This document shows positions 1 through 13,413 of a stretch of 64,000 nt of DNA, piece by piece. Positions within the stretch are counted from its first letter, which is position 1, and the number at the start of each line of letters is the position of its first letter. The notes beneath the pieces are model-generated. The model did no database searches. It saw only the letters and a program-made list of their open reading frames with translations, and had not been told where the DNA came from. The stretch covers positions 97,154,001-97,218,000 of the forward strand of contig NC_043002.1 in assembly GCF_006345805.1 (NCBI RefSeq), read 5' to 3'. The translations under genes and the position numbers were made by a program. This DNA comes from Octopus sinensis (Eukaryota).

Positions 1-707
1 TTCAACAAAAAATGTTTTCGGTAACCACTTTAAGCCTCGACAAATCTATATTACTGTATTCCTAATATTGAAGCTTTAACAAAAATTACATTTTCATGTT
101 GAATAAGGTTTTCTAAAACTATGCAAGATGCAAAGAAAAACATTTCAACGTAAATGTTGGCAAATTTAATCATATAATAGTAGTTATATAATGATTTGGC
201 ATGGAAAACATACGTTTTATGAGCTTTTATATATTTCATTGCTCAAATATAATGTCACTATTTCTTATTTAATGGCTTGCGTAATGTATTATAGCTGAAC
301 AGCTTCAATACATGTAGGCGTTTGTTTGTGTACGATTTGGTTTCTGTTTTGTATTAGAAGATTTCTCTTAAAACTACAGGCAAGAGGAAAATAAGTCAGA
401 ATCTCAAATTACTGTTAAAACATTCGTATATATGAAGTAAAGATATGCTGTCAGAAAAGCAGAAAAGGCGACTTTGCGACTGAAGACGACCACAAAAATA
501 AATTAAATCTATATAAGCCCACCACCGTAACACCACTCAACCAGAAGTAATCGATTAATGTTACACTGAAAATAAATACGAAATTTCAAGATTGAAAATT
601 ATTTTTATGATAAGCTCTGCAATAGGTAAAATACTAAAATGTACAGACAGGTTTACATTAAAAATATAATTTTTCCTTTTTCCTTTTATGGAAATTGTAT
701 AAAGCTT

Positions 708-845
708 TCTTTTATTCTTTTCCTTATTTCAGTCATTAGACTGCGATCATGCTGAGGCACCGCTCTGAAATGTTTTAGTCCAACGTAAATATACCAACAC
801 CGGTTTTCAAGCGGTGGTGGGAGCAGACACAAGCACAAAGGCACA
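708..845 (-). mobile_element. SINE family A, 3' fragment with internal deletion
   Basis: TTTCAGTCATTAGACTGCGATCATGCTGAGGCACCGC is the reverse complement of the family A tail seen in the intact copy at 38459-38880. Confidence 0.7.
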
Positions 846-849
846 CACA

Positions 850-880
<31 letters not shown>

Positions 881-911
881 GCGCGCGCATATATATGTGG
901 GTGTATGTGTG

Positions 912-1593
912 AGTTGAATAAAGTTAAAACATAGTCTGGTTTTCACGGTTTTTATTACGGTATTTTAACAAAATTAGCACTTACATACATAGTGCACTCA
1001 TAAGATTTCAAATGTGTTTAACTGACAGTTGAGTTCTTGACAACTTTAATACCTCTTAGAACGTTCCGACCAGGTGAATTTTCAGAATACCTTTTTGATC
1101 AATCCGCATTGCTCTTAAACATCACGGTTTGTCAGGCGACGCGATATTCTGTAACTTGTTTATATTCCTTAATCCACCTCATTAACCGGTTGTTATATTA
1201 TTGCTGTTATTTCCATTCAGAACAGGTCTGAACATTTTAATAAACCGTTTTTCTTTTATCTTTCTTCCAACCTCACTTGTGTCATGCAGTTTGTGGAAAG
1301 GAAAAATTAGTAACAATTTCAGGTCACCTGTCTTTATATGTCCGCTCAATGGAATTTGGCGCACATTGGTCTTCCGGATTTGTTGTCTGTGGACTCGTGA
1401 ACGTTCCGATAATGCATTCCATGTCTCGCCTATATATAGTTGGAGCGTTCTAAGAGGTACTAAAGTTGTCGAGAACACAACAGGTCAATTAAATACATTT
1501 AAAATGTTATGAGTACACTATGTATGAAAGCGCTGATTTTGTTAAAATACCATAAGAAACGCGAAAACCAGACTGTTTAAACTTTATTCAACT
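912..1593. mobile_element. MITE / non-autonomous DNA transposon with ~155 bp terminal inverted repeats
   Basis: 912-1067 (AGTTGAATAAAGTT...CTCTTAGAACGTTCC) is the imperfect reverse complement of 1442-1593 (GGAGCGTTCTAAGAG...AACTTTATTCAACT); no ORF inside. Confidence 0.8.
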
Positions 1594-1659
1594 TATATAT
1601 TATTCTATACACATTCACACAATTTCGAAACAATATATAATATATATATATATATATAT

Positions 1660-1712
1660 ATCCGTGTCTACACCACTTGTCTTCGTCTCTTTTGTGTGAA
1701 TTCTCCCTATAT
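1660..1712 (+). mobile_element. Penelope-like terminal repeat fragment
   Basis: GTCTACACCACTTGTCTTCGTCT...GAATTCTCCCTATA matches the 3' end of the PLE at 16170-16228. Confidence 0.6.
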
Positions 1713-1714
1713 AC

Positions 1715-1772
<58 letters not shown>

Positions 1773-1778
1773 ATATAT

Positions 1779-1812
<34 letters not shown>

Positions 1813-1868
1813 CATACATATATATATATACATATATATATGTATGTATGTATGCATGGATGTATATA

Positions 1869-2011
1869 TACGACGGAGTGCTTTCAAATCGACAAGGTTT
1901 TGATCGGCTCGAGGCTATAATGGAAAACATTTGCCCAAGGTGCCACACATTGGGATTGAACCCGGAGCCATGTGGTTGGGAAGCAAGATTCTTACCACAC
2001 ACTCTGTGCCT
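1869..2011 (-). mobile_element. SINE family A, 5' (tRNA-like head) fragment
   Basis: TTGCCCAAGGTGCCAC...GAACCCGGAGCCATGTGGTTGG matches the family A head (reverse complement). Confidence 0.75.
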
Positions 2012-2742
2012 ATAAAACATTTTAAAAGTAGATTTATGAAACTTTCCATACCAAGAGGATTTTATCTACGTCACTAGTTTAACCTAGAGGAAAGGGAATA
2101 ATTTTTGGCCATCGAAGGCCCTCCGAAAACTTTGGGGTCAAAGCGATTACTTTCTTGGTGGAAATAATTGTAAGATAATGATTGCAAGAAAAAACATGAG
2201 CTGAGGGGAATTCTAGAGTGCTTTGATTGGGACAAGAATACACGCAGCTTAAGTGACAAGAAATCAAGAGCCGACAGAAGGATCTGTGAGCCTGGCGGAA
2301 GGCATCACTCTAACAGACAAATACAAATAGCAAAACTCAGCAAAGAACAGTAGGAAACCCCAGATTAGAGGCCAACACAAATGTAGCCCAGAGCTAGAGT
2401 GTAGTGGGGAGTGAGTCTGTAATGAAGAAGCTAAAAGTGGTTTACAGATGAAGCATAGAAGAGGCCTGTGTTTGTAGCCATATTACCATTCCAGATTTGA
2501 GAGTAATATTCTATTGTGAGATCACTGAAGTTTTGAAGAAGTTAGCAATTGTTGAGAACTGAAGAACTGTCTGGCCTTAAAGGTCGAGACCTTTTGTTTT
2601 CTCCGTTGTTAGAGTGTAATAATCTCATGACATACGTAGTGAGGGCGAGGGCTATAATTCGTAGTGACTTTGATGATATATATGCATACATGCATGTATG
2701 CGCATTTCAGTGCACACGCACACTCACATATACATAAATATA

Positions 2743-2808
<66 letters not shown>

Positions 2809-3419
2809 CTATATATATATATATATACACACATACATATATGTATAAAATATGTATTTTTTATTCATTCGGAGTACGTCACTTCTGCACTTTTGCTTAT
2901 ATATATAATATATATATATATATAAAGTTTAAATTGAGCAGAAAATGGAGAAATCTTGATCAACAACAATTGACTAACATCAATTATTAGTTTTTAATAC
3001 AGAACTTTATCCCACCTAACAGCTGTTTGTGCTTCCAATGTCCTGCAATATTGCCAAAGAAAATACTGACAATAATATTCGTCATATTTTGTATCAGATC
3101 CGATCTGGAACATAGAGTTTTATGAGAGAGAAAACAATACATAAAATAATCCAAAAGAAAAGAAGAGCCTTGAGAAGAGGAATTAAAGTTTAATATATTT
3201 AAATCATATAATTTTGCAGTGTAATGCTTCAAGTGGTTTCAAAGCGACGAAAATATATTGAAAAATTAAATTTAAATGTTGAAGAGAATCTAACGATTTT
3301 TGTGTGCTTTTAAATGGCTTATAAACACCTTCCACGCTGCAATTGTTTTTGTTGCAGCACACGATTTTAGATCAGGTCACTTGCTATGCAAGTACATGTC
3401 CGTAATGATATATATAATA

Positions 3420-3484
<65 letters not shown>

Positions 3485-4289
3485 TTTATACGTACATATA
3501 CACAGAGACACCACACACCTATGATCTCAGTCTATCTATCTAACGACTTATCTATCAAAACGATCCTGCACTGACAAGCAGCTAAAACATTTACTATAGA
3601 ATTGGTGTTTGGATTGTATACTATAGGAAAAGAGAGATAATAAATCTTTGCACAAAATTTGCATATATATAGTTTGGTTTTGCTTATGACTAAATGTCGA
3701 ATACTCATTTGTTATAATAAACCCGAAATATGCATTTAAGAATTACAATACCCTTCAGGAAGTGAATTATGATTTGTTTTTCCGGTTTGCTAGATAATAT
3801 TCTTCCGCATTTTGCACCACAGGATATCGTTAAAGAAGCAACAGGAGCCAAACGATCCATTTCTGAAAGGAATATATTTCCTTGAAACACTCAGATCCCA
3901 CCTCCCGTTTACCACTTTCTGTAGCAGTGGCGTTGCTTCAATAATGATATACACATTTTGAAGTCGTCGCAAAAACAAAAATGGCTTAAATATATAATGT
4001 GTATGTGTCTTTGGGTGTGCGTGTACGCCTACCTAACAAAAGGGACCCACCTAAATATGCACACTTACAAAGTTTTACACACATGAGTAAATTCTAAACA
4101 ATAACATAGCTCCAAATATAAACAATAAAAATGCATAAAAACCCACCCACAGATCTAAGTTATCATTCCACTCAAACCTCAAACCCTCATACTTAAGGAA
4201 TATTTTAATTTAAAAGAAACATCACAGTCTGAAGCTTGTTTATGTGGCCGAAACTTTGAAGTCTTTGTCAATAATATTCTTGCTTAAGA

Positions 4290-4323
<34 letters not shown>

Positions 4324-4967
4324 AATTTAGATGACGTATAAAATTTAGATGGCAGATCAAATTTAGGCAATGAATCAACCTTAAATAATTACGTTTAGAT
4401 GATGGATCGTGTTTAGAAGATCGATCAAGTTTGGTTATCAAGTTTAGATCACAAATTCAGTTTAGGTGAAGGACCACGTTTCTATGTCGTAGAAAATATT
4501 ATATTTTAGTTATCGAAAAAAACATAATAAACAGTAACTATCACCATTTCACCCTCCCTCTCAGGATGGTCAATACCCAAATTTAAGCAATCTTAATTAA
4601 CGTTTGTAGGGAAATATTCGGTGGGGAAGCTCCGATAAAGGCATACAAAGTTTTGTTTTAAATATGGAGGTGTTAAATATGGTGGTTCTTTTAAACATGG
4701 GGGTGTTATGGAGGTGATATACCTAACACCCCAAGTGAGGCACAACATCGAAATTGATTCAAGGTAATGGATTATATATTAGTTAATGTGTTATTACTTC
4801 ATTGAGAAGACAAGATTGAATGAGTTGTCCTAATGCTGTTGTCACAGAATTATATTTTCCCTAAGTAACATCCACAAAATGAATTCAGATGTGCAATAAC
4901 AATCTTATGAGTGACGCAGTAAGATTATTTAAAATATGAAGATGCAAAATAATGGAAAATGGCTTAC

Positions 4968-5076
4968 TTTTGAGTAATCTCTCTTAAACGATGAAGGCAG
5001 AAAGACGGGATGACTTTTGAATTCCTTTTGAATATTGGCCCATAAGTTAGTTTCCAGCAATTTCAGTTCGTTTTAG
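4968..5076 (-). CDS. Candidate internal exon of an unidentified minus-strand gene
   Basis: Strong acceptor ttgttcttccttttcag and donor AAA|gtaagc; frame NELKLLETNLWANIQKEFKSHPVFLPSSFKRDYSK is open only if one A is missing from a homopolymer at the exon start. Confidence 0.3.
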
Positions 5077-5519
5077 CTGAAAAGGAAGAACAATTTCCAC
5101 ACTAAGTATGTGTCACACAAATACAAACAAAATATCCTATGATTTTCTGTAAGAAATTCCAGTGAAACGTAACATGTAATTATTTTGCTGATCGTGGAAA
5201 ATATGATTTTAAAATATGAATAACCTGCATGTATGTTTAATGTAGACTTTATAGACTTTATAATAGAACAAGTAAATAGAGTTTCTTTATCTGGAGGATT
5301 ATTATGAGTGGAAGAAATCTATGAAGTTAATGGACAATCAAAAATTTATTTCAATATAATTTAGAATGCAAACCGACATCTCTCTAGTTGGATAATCGTT
5401 GCCTTGATGCTATACACGTACATACATGTATGCACATATATACACACAAACATCCCTTACATACATACATTGATATACATACATACGTACATACGTACAT
5501 ACATACATACATATATATA

Positions 5520-5600
5520 ATTACGGGGACGTAGACACAGCAGCATCGGTTGTGAAGCGATGGTAGGTGGGGGACAAATACACACACACACACGCCTTCA
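5520..5600 (-). mobile_element. SINE family A central fragment
   Basis: TTACGGGGACGTAGACACAGCAGCATCGGTTGT matches the family A body. Confidence 0.6.
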
Positions 5601-5691
5601 CACACAAACACACACACACACACGCCTTCACACACAAACACACACACACACTCACACGCACACACACACACACATACACACACACACATAT

Positions 5692-5724
<33 letters not shown>

Positions 5725-5855
5725 CTAATATAGGATGGAGTATTTTTACAGAAAAATATTTCATCAAAAAATGTGGCAGCATATTAAAATACCTTTAAAG
5801 TTTAAAATTGTAAGCAACTTATAAACAAGGGCAAAAGAAAATTATTTCTATGCCA

Positions 5856-6648
5856 AGATGCTGATAACTCTTACCTTGGCAGCACACTCTCTAGAAATGT
5901 TGTCGTTGATGACGAAATCAACGCCAGACACGCCAAGGCAAGGGCTGCCTTTGGCAGGCTACGCAGGACTGTCTGGGAAGGAGGGGGATCTCCATCATGA
6001 CAAAGATCAAGGTGTACCGGGCAGTTGTTCTCACAACGCTGCTGGGCGGTCTACCAGCGTCATGCCAGGAAGCTGAACCACTTTTATACAATACGCATCA
6101 GAAAACTTCTCGGCATAAAGTGGCAGGACAGGATGTCGGACACCGAAGTACTAATACGTGCTAACCTGCCCAGCATCCAAACTATTTTGAGGCAGTCTCA
6201 GCTTCGCTGGGCAGGGCACGTAGCTCGCATGTCAGACGATCGGTTACCAAAAAGATTGCTCTTTGGCGAGCTGCAAAAGGGAAAGCGCTCACAAGGCGGT
6301 CAACCGAAGCGCTTTAAGGACACCCTAAAAGCCTCACTGAAAGCCTTCAACATCTACCATGACACTTGGGAGCAGTCTGCTCTAGACAGAGAAGGGTGGC
6401 GATCAGCTGTCCACAAAGGTGCCAACACATGCGAGACCAATAGGATCGCTGCTGCAGATGACCGCAGACAAGCCAGGAAGATCAGAGCTAACAACCCTGT
6501 AGCAGTTGCTACCATTCACTGTCCATACTGTCAAAGACTCTTTCGGACGCAGATTGGCCTCACTAGCCATCTGCGGACTCAGAAAAACAAGCCCATCCCC
6601 ACTCCAAGATGACTAGATGGTCTTCGTCGCATCGGCAGACAAACTACC
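5856..6648 (+). mobile_element. RTE (BovB-like) LINE, 5'-truncated 3' end
   Basis: YLGSTLSRNVVVDDEINAR..AKARAAFGRL; IKWQDRMSDTEVL; QLRWAGHVARMSDDRLPKRLLFGEL; C-terminal CPYC..HLRT; 3' end GATGGTCTTCGTCG. Confidence 0.95.
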
Positions 6649-6794
6649 GCGTACGTGTTTGTGGGTGTGTATGTGTGTGTGAGTGTGTTGTATTTTTCAG
6701 GGGTTCTGTGTGTGTCCGTGTGTGTTTGGTTTATCCGGGTGGTGTGTATGTGTGTGCGTGTACGTTCTGTACATGCTGGTACTGAGTATGCGTT

Positions 6795-6848
<54 letters not shown>

Positions 6849-7196
6849 GTGTGTGTGTGTGTGTGTGTGTGGATATGGTTTATGTAGTTTCCGGATGTGT
6901 GTCTGCTGTATTTGCGAGTGGTTTGTTTTGTTTGTATTGTTACTGCAGTGTGTGTGTATACGTGTGGGTGTGTTTGAGTGAGTGTGTTTGTGTGAGTGTG
7001 TCTATGTGTCTTGTATTTGTCGGGGAGGTGCGTGTCATTGTGTGTGAATGCTTGTGTATATGTGTGTGTGTGTCTGTGTATTTCTGAGTGATTCTTGTGA
7101 ATGTTGGCATTGTATTGTATGTATATGTGCATGTTTTTTTCTTTTGTGTGTGTGTGCTTTTTACTGGGAACGGGCATATGGTGTTTGCGTGTATAT

Positions 7197-7241
<45 letters not shown>

Positions 7242-7246
7242 TATAT

Positions 7247-7713
7247 ATTCAACTTACGTTGAAAGTAAGTAAAGTTTCCTTTAGAAGCGTTGAAAGATAC
7301 AGAAAATAATTTATTCTCAAAGGCATGATAATGCTAACACAATAGCATGAACATGATAAACTATCTATATATCGCAGAAAAATCGTTACCAGCCAGCCAT
7401 GTGACTCGAACTCACATACTTATGATTACGCATAAAGTACTTTACCTTTGTTTACTTTCATCTTAAGTTGAATTTAACGTTAGCAGCTTATAAAATTAGA
7501 TTTATAAATCCTAAAATTGCAGAACAATTTGTTACTGGGCAGTTTAGTTTAGCTTAAAGGTAAAGTACTTGACGCGTAATCACAGAAATGTGAGTTCGAG
7601 TCTCATGGCTGGCCAGTAACGACTTTTTTCTGCAATATATGTATAGCTTATCTTGCTCGTGCTATTGCATTAGAATCACCATGCGTTTGAAAATACATTA
7701 TTTTCTGTATCTT
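7247..7713. repeat. Foldback element: two divergent copies of a ~160 bp unit with a tRNA-like head
   Basis: 7294-7450 is the imperfect reverse complement of 7556-7713; right arm has A-box-like TAGCTTAAAGG and B-box GTTCGAGTC. Confidence 0.75.
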
Positions 7714-7714
7714 A

Positions 7715-7748
7715 TCTATCTATCTATCTATGTATATATATATATATA

Positions 7749-7840
<92 letters not shown>

Positions 7841-7940
7841 TATATATATATATAGATATATATATATATATAGATATATATATATATATAGATATATATA
7901 TATATATAGATATATATATATATATGTATATGTATACACA
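7715..7940. repeat. (TA)n microsatellite with GA(TA)n higher-order units
   Basis: Direct reading. Confidence 0.95.
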
Positions 7941-8458
7941 CATATGTGTGTGAGGTGCCTACTTCTGGAATGGTAGGATGTGTAAAAACACGGCTATGGT
8001 GTTCGTGAGAAAGAATAGCATGTACATTACATGCAATTTAAAGTTCACAAAGTATGAAATGAAACTTAAGATTACTCTACTAACAGACAACAGTTGCAAG
8101 ACTGATTTAGACACGAAATGGATCGGTAAAAAAGAAAAAAATGCGAAAACCTGATGTTATTCATGATTGATCATGGATAGCGAACACATAATGTGAATCG
8201 CAGCTCCCATTTCCTTTGCATTGAAAGTGTTATTGGTTAGTATTAAACTTGCAGTTAACTATAATTGTAGCAACTGAGGTGGGTCGAAGTGATCTAAGAT
8301 AGATTACACTTCTCGAAAACAACATCAACAGATTAAGAGAAATATCAAACAAGTCGGTATTCATCACTTGAGATGAAGTGAATAATATATTTTGTTGTAT
8401 TTCAAGAGGGTCACTCTGCCAATAATGAAAATACGCACTGGCTCTATTTCACTTCGAA

Positions 8459-8688
8459 GGCGGCAAGCTGGCTGAATCATCAGCACGCCGGACAAAATTC
8501 TTAGCGGCATTTCCTCCGTTTTTTGTGTTTCGAATTGAAATGCCACCGAGGTCGACTTTGTCTTTCATTCTTTCCGGGTCGATGTAATTAATACAATTTA
8601 CGCAATGGAGTCAATGTAATCGACAACCCCACTCCCGCCCAAATTGCAGGCTTTAAACCTATAGTAGAAAGGATTATTATTATTATTA

Positions 8689-8726
<38 letters not shown>
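8459..8726 (+). mobile_element. SINE family B, tail type 2
   Basis: Head GGCGGCAAGCTGGCTGAATC, core GAGGTCGACTTTGTCTTTCATTCTTTCCGGGTCGAT, tail CCTATAGTAGAAAGG(ATT)n. Confidence 0.85.
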
Positions 8727-8728
<2 letters not shown>

Positions 8729-9897
8729 ACACACATACACGCGCCTGTAGATAAGAAATAAAATAAAATCGTGTGTGTGTGTGTGCGTGTGTTAGTGTAT
8801 ATATGGAATAAAATCATATCTGAGATAACAAGTAATAGTTTCTAACAGTAAAACACGGTAACTATGCCGTGAGCAAAGGTGAGCTGCAACGTCATAAACA
8901 ATCCTGACCACATGGAAAGTAGCATTAGCGAATTGCAGTAACCATATGTTTAGTCTCTGAAATAAAACACTTGATTCTGTCCTTCGTTCAAGGATACTGC
9001 AGTAACCTCTGTACTTTATCGATTCCATAGGAAGCCTGACTACAACCTTGTTCATACGTTTGTCACTGGAATCTAAAGTAGGTACAATTGTCATAAGCAG
9101 ATTCAGTTTATTAATGGATTTATAGTAGGTGGACGAGTTTCCTATGTAGCTGTTTATCATGCCTGTGAATCAGAAGTAAGTCCAGTTGAAGAAAGGTAGA
9201 ATCTATGTACTTTGACAAGCAAAGAACAAAATCAATGGACGCCACAGTTATTTTATTTTTTTTCTCTATCAAAGATCTGAGGTTGTTCTCTGCTCATTTG
9301 CTTGGCGCCGAGATATAATTACAGTTGGTCACAATGTTATCATAGGATATTGGAACGGAAATTATCCATGATAAGTGTTTGTGTCTGGCGATCGATCGAG
9401 ATAAAATCGTTGACCAGGCAACACACATTTACAAATGGGGTATCAATCGCACCTGTTTTCTATGGCTAGTTGCTATAATCATACCGAAGTATTATTAGAG
9501 CTTTAAGTAAACCTAATGTGACAGATTAATGCTTCAGTAGGCTTTGGAAGATCTGGAAGTTAGGGATATCTTTCTGCAGTAAATCAATTTCGTCTATGAT
9601 TTACTAGGTTTACAGAAACTGAGTTGGATACTTGAAAACTTTACTTTTAGTCCTTCAAGAAGAGGAAAATTATAAACATTCTTAGTAAACTTGTTTATGA
9701 TCTTCCTGGTGTTGAACTAAAAGTAAAGATTTCGAGAAGCCAACTCTGTTTCTGAAATACTATTCAATCAGTTGAGACAGTGAGATCTATCTCTACAGGA
9801 GGTTCTCAGTCACGATCATAAGTGTAGGTGATTGGTGCTTCCCGACTAAAGCGACTAATCTTGTGTGACAAGAATGCCAGGTATACTCTGTACTTAT

Positions 9898-10301
9898 AAT
9901 AATGGTTTCAAATTTTGCCACAAGGACAGCAATTTTGGGGGAAGAAATGAGTCGATTACATGGACCTCAGTGTTGAATTGATACTTTATTTATCGACCCC
10001 GAAAGGATGAAAAGCAAAGTCGACCTCGGCGGAATTTGAACTCAGAACGCGAAGACGGGCGAAATACCTATTTCTTTATTACCCACAAGGGGCTAAACAC
10101 AGAGAGTACAAACAAGGACAGACATAGGCATTAAGTCGATTACATCGACCCCAGTCCGTAACTGGTACTTAATTTATCGACCCCGAAAGGATGAAAGGCA
10201 AAGTCGACCTCGGCGGAATTTGAACTCACAACGTAACGACGGGCGAAATACCACTAAGCATTTCGCCCGGCGTGCTAACGTTTCTGCCAGCTCACCGCCT
10301 T
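9898..10301 (-). mobile_element. Composite SINE B: one head, body + tail 1, second body + tail 3
   Basis: Two cores, single head; 12 bp TSD CTCTGTACTTAT at 9886-9897 and 10302-10313. Confidence 0.9.
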
Positions 10302-11424
10302 CTCTGTACTTATGGTAATAAATATATTACATACGGGCAGTCTTCCACTTTTTCCAAGCAAGGGTGGAGGAGTTAAGTCAGTACTCTACACACTATTATT
10401 TATAGCTCTCTCTACTTCGAGTTTCACCGTTAAAAAAATGATTTACCTCATATTTCTCGAACTTTCTATAAATCCTTATGAAGTAAAAAAAAAAAAAAGC
10501 ATACAATTCTCGCAAAGAACAAAGCTTCTAAAATGAATGGAGAAAATTCAAAGGATTGCATTATTATAATGGTAGGGCGTCTGTCATGTTTACAGAAACT
10601 GTGGGGTCGAATCCCATTAGCAATTATTTAGCTTTTATTTTTCGCTTTATCTACTTCAAGTTACACCGTTAAAAACGATTTATATCACAATTACCCTTTT
10701 ACACTAATGGTAAAAGTCACAGCTTTTCCCTCCTATCATAATAGACCACAATACGTAATATTCCATTCTCTCAATCGACCTTAGAATTTAGATTTTGATT
10801 TGAAAATCTCCAATAATTGAACTACTTCCTTGCTTCGAGTTAATCAATACTAGAAAATTGTTTCTATTTTTTTTCTTCTAATTTATAAATTCAGTTACAA
10901 AAAAACCCAACAACAATGAATTAGATGTAATTAAATAAAAAACTACAAAAGTGAATATATTAGTTGTTTTAATCTAGTTTTCTGCGACATTTGTTATTTC
11001 AGCAACCCACTTGCCATAATTGAACTCAACGTTTATATATATCTAACTTCACCGACACTAGAAATGTCACTATAGCAATAATATAACATAATAACGACAT
11101 AATGAAATGTTTCTCTTGACAAGTTAAGATAAACTAATATGATTAGCAAATACAGAACGAATATGAAAAGACATTTCATCGCAAACGTTTGACTTAATAG
11201 CAAATTAACACATTGATTAAGAAATAAATATTCATATAAGCAAATATCAAATTAGATGAGGAAGGAAACAAATGGATGTTTTTATAAAGAAATTCGCATC
11301 CCCTAAAGAAATAATTCCTACACTAAGTAGTTCAAGATTGAAATTTTGTTTTCTTTTTCTCTCTAATGACAGAAGGCAGGAAAAGACAGGGGAAATATAG
11401 CCTTTTTCATTTATCTTTAACAGC

Positions 11425-11620
11425 CTTCAGACTTTATGCTGCAGCCGTGCCGGAGCATCGCTCTGAAGGGTTTAATAGAATAAATAAAAAGCAGTCACAT
11501 AATTTATAAAGCCTTATAATTATTCTACCGGTTTCTTATGTCAAGTCGCTTAGTTATGGGGACATAAACAAAGCAACGCCGGATGTCAAATGGTGATGGA
11601 GACACGCATAAACGCAAATC
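11425..11620 (-). mobile_element. SINE family A, diverged 3' part
   Basis: GCTGCAGCCGTGCCGGAGCATCGC and CTTAGTTATGGGGACATAAAC resemble family A tail and body. Confidence 0.6.
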
Positions 11621-11628
11621 ACACACAC

Positions 11629-11686
<58 letters not shown>

Positions 11687-12265
11687 CAATATACATATAT
11701 ATATATATAGATATACCACACAATATATACATACATACACATCTAATATATATATATATATATATATACATATATACATATACATATATATATAGAATAT
11801 ATATAATATAATAATATATATATATATATACACACACAATATACATACATACACACATACATATATATTTTTGTGTGTATGCGTGTGTGTGTGTGTGCGT
11901 GCGTAATTATAGGATCTGAGGATCTAAGTGTAAGAAGTTTGTCAGCTACGACCAGTCCTTGGTAGGTATACAAAAAAAAAATCAACGCTCAGGAACAATA
12001 ATAATTTTTGGGGTGAGGGTTCTAGGCTTTTCCCATCTCGAGGATCGTTAAGCTGAAAAAAAAAGATCAGAACATATCTTCGGCGAGTTATCTTGGAATT
12101 TTTTAACGGCAATGTATTCTTCATATAATTGAGGTATACTCAGCCAGATGAGTAGCTAGCTGATTACTTCCCATACTCCCCATTGAGCAATTATTACATC
12201 AGAGGATTTACTAGCTAGGAGACATATGTAACCTGGATTTTATCTACTCTATTCCATCAATTTGG

Positions 12266-12309
<44 letters not shown>

Positions 12310-12324
12310 AGAGAGAGAGAGAGA

Positions 12325-12490
12325 GGACTTCTTTTCAATTTACGTCTACCAAATCTACTCACAAGAATTTGGTCGGCTTGGGACTAAAGTAGAAGACACC
12401 TCCACCTGGTGTCATTCACTTGGACTGAACTCGGAACCATGTTGCTGTTGATGGAAAGCAAACTTGTTACCACGCAGCCACTTATGTTTA
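12325..12490 (-). mobile_element. SINE family A, diverged head
   Basis: CGTCTACCAAATCTACTCACAAG...GGACTGAACTCGGAACCATG. Confidence 0.7.
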
Positions 12491-13308
12491 GGAATTCTAT
12501 ATAAAGAAATAAATTTAAAGATGTTTACCCTATTTTGTTAGTAAGAAACGATAAAACAGTTGTATTTGACAGAAATATTTGACATTTACTGAGCGGCAAA
12601 TATCTATGCGATTGTAGTAGTGGTTTATACTGATATATAAGTCAATAACCTACAATAATTTTATATCTTCAACCAATCTCAAATATTTACAATAGAAAAC
12701 TACAAACTTACTAACGCCATCTCTTAGCTCAATTCTCTAATCAGCTTTACTAAATCCTAAATATTTCTGAAGCCAACGTTATTAGCCGACTTCGACTTAA
12801 CGTTCATCTGACAGACGATAATATCAGCTTGAAACGATGATCGTTCTGATAATGCATTGAATTGAAATAAACAGGTACATATATATATATATAATATATA
12901 TAATATATTATATATATATTATATATATATATATATATATAGATAATATACACACACACAATATATATATATATATATACATACATTATATAACATAGTA
13001 TATACATGTATATATACATATATGTATATAATATATATATAATAATTTATATAGATAGATAGATGGATAGATAAACGCACATACATACATACATGCACAC
13101 ACATACATACATGCACACACATACATACATGCACACACATACATACATACATGCATATATATATATATATATATATACATATATATATTTATATCAACAC
13201 ACACACATATTTATATATACACACACAAATGTGTGTATTGGCACTGATTGACGCACACAAAATCGCCTATAATCATTCAAAAATATATGTTCGATGATTA
13301 TTTTCCAG

Positions 13309-13413
13309 ATGTCTACTGACTCACGAGTCTCGCTACGAGTTCTGGAGTCGAATGTGAAGAATATAGAGAAATATCTGATCAAAAACTCGTGCTTCCGGTT
13401 GTCGTCCTATTCT
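13309..13413 (+). CDS. Candidate exon of unidentified + strand gene (MSTDSRVSLRVLESNVKNIEKYLIKNSCFRLSSYS)
   Basis: ttattttccag|ATG...TCT|gtaagt; 105 bp, open only in phase 0. Confidence 0.45.

Noticed and set aside
2200-2640. Possible solo LTR (CACTCTAACA / TGTTAGAGTG)
   Set aside because: The 10 bp inverted motifs are in the wrong order for TG..CA termini; no PBS, PPT or TSD seen
9780-9850. APITYTYDR resemblance to the ionotropic glutamate receptor S1 motif
   Set aside because: Flanking residues do not fit and the frame has stops; likely chance
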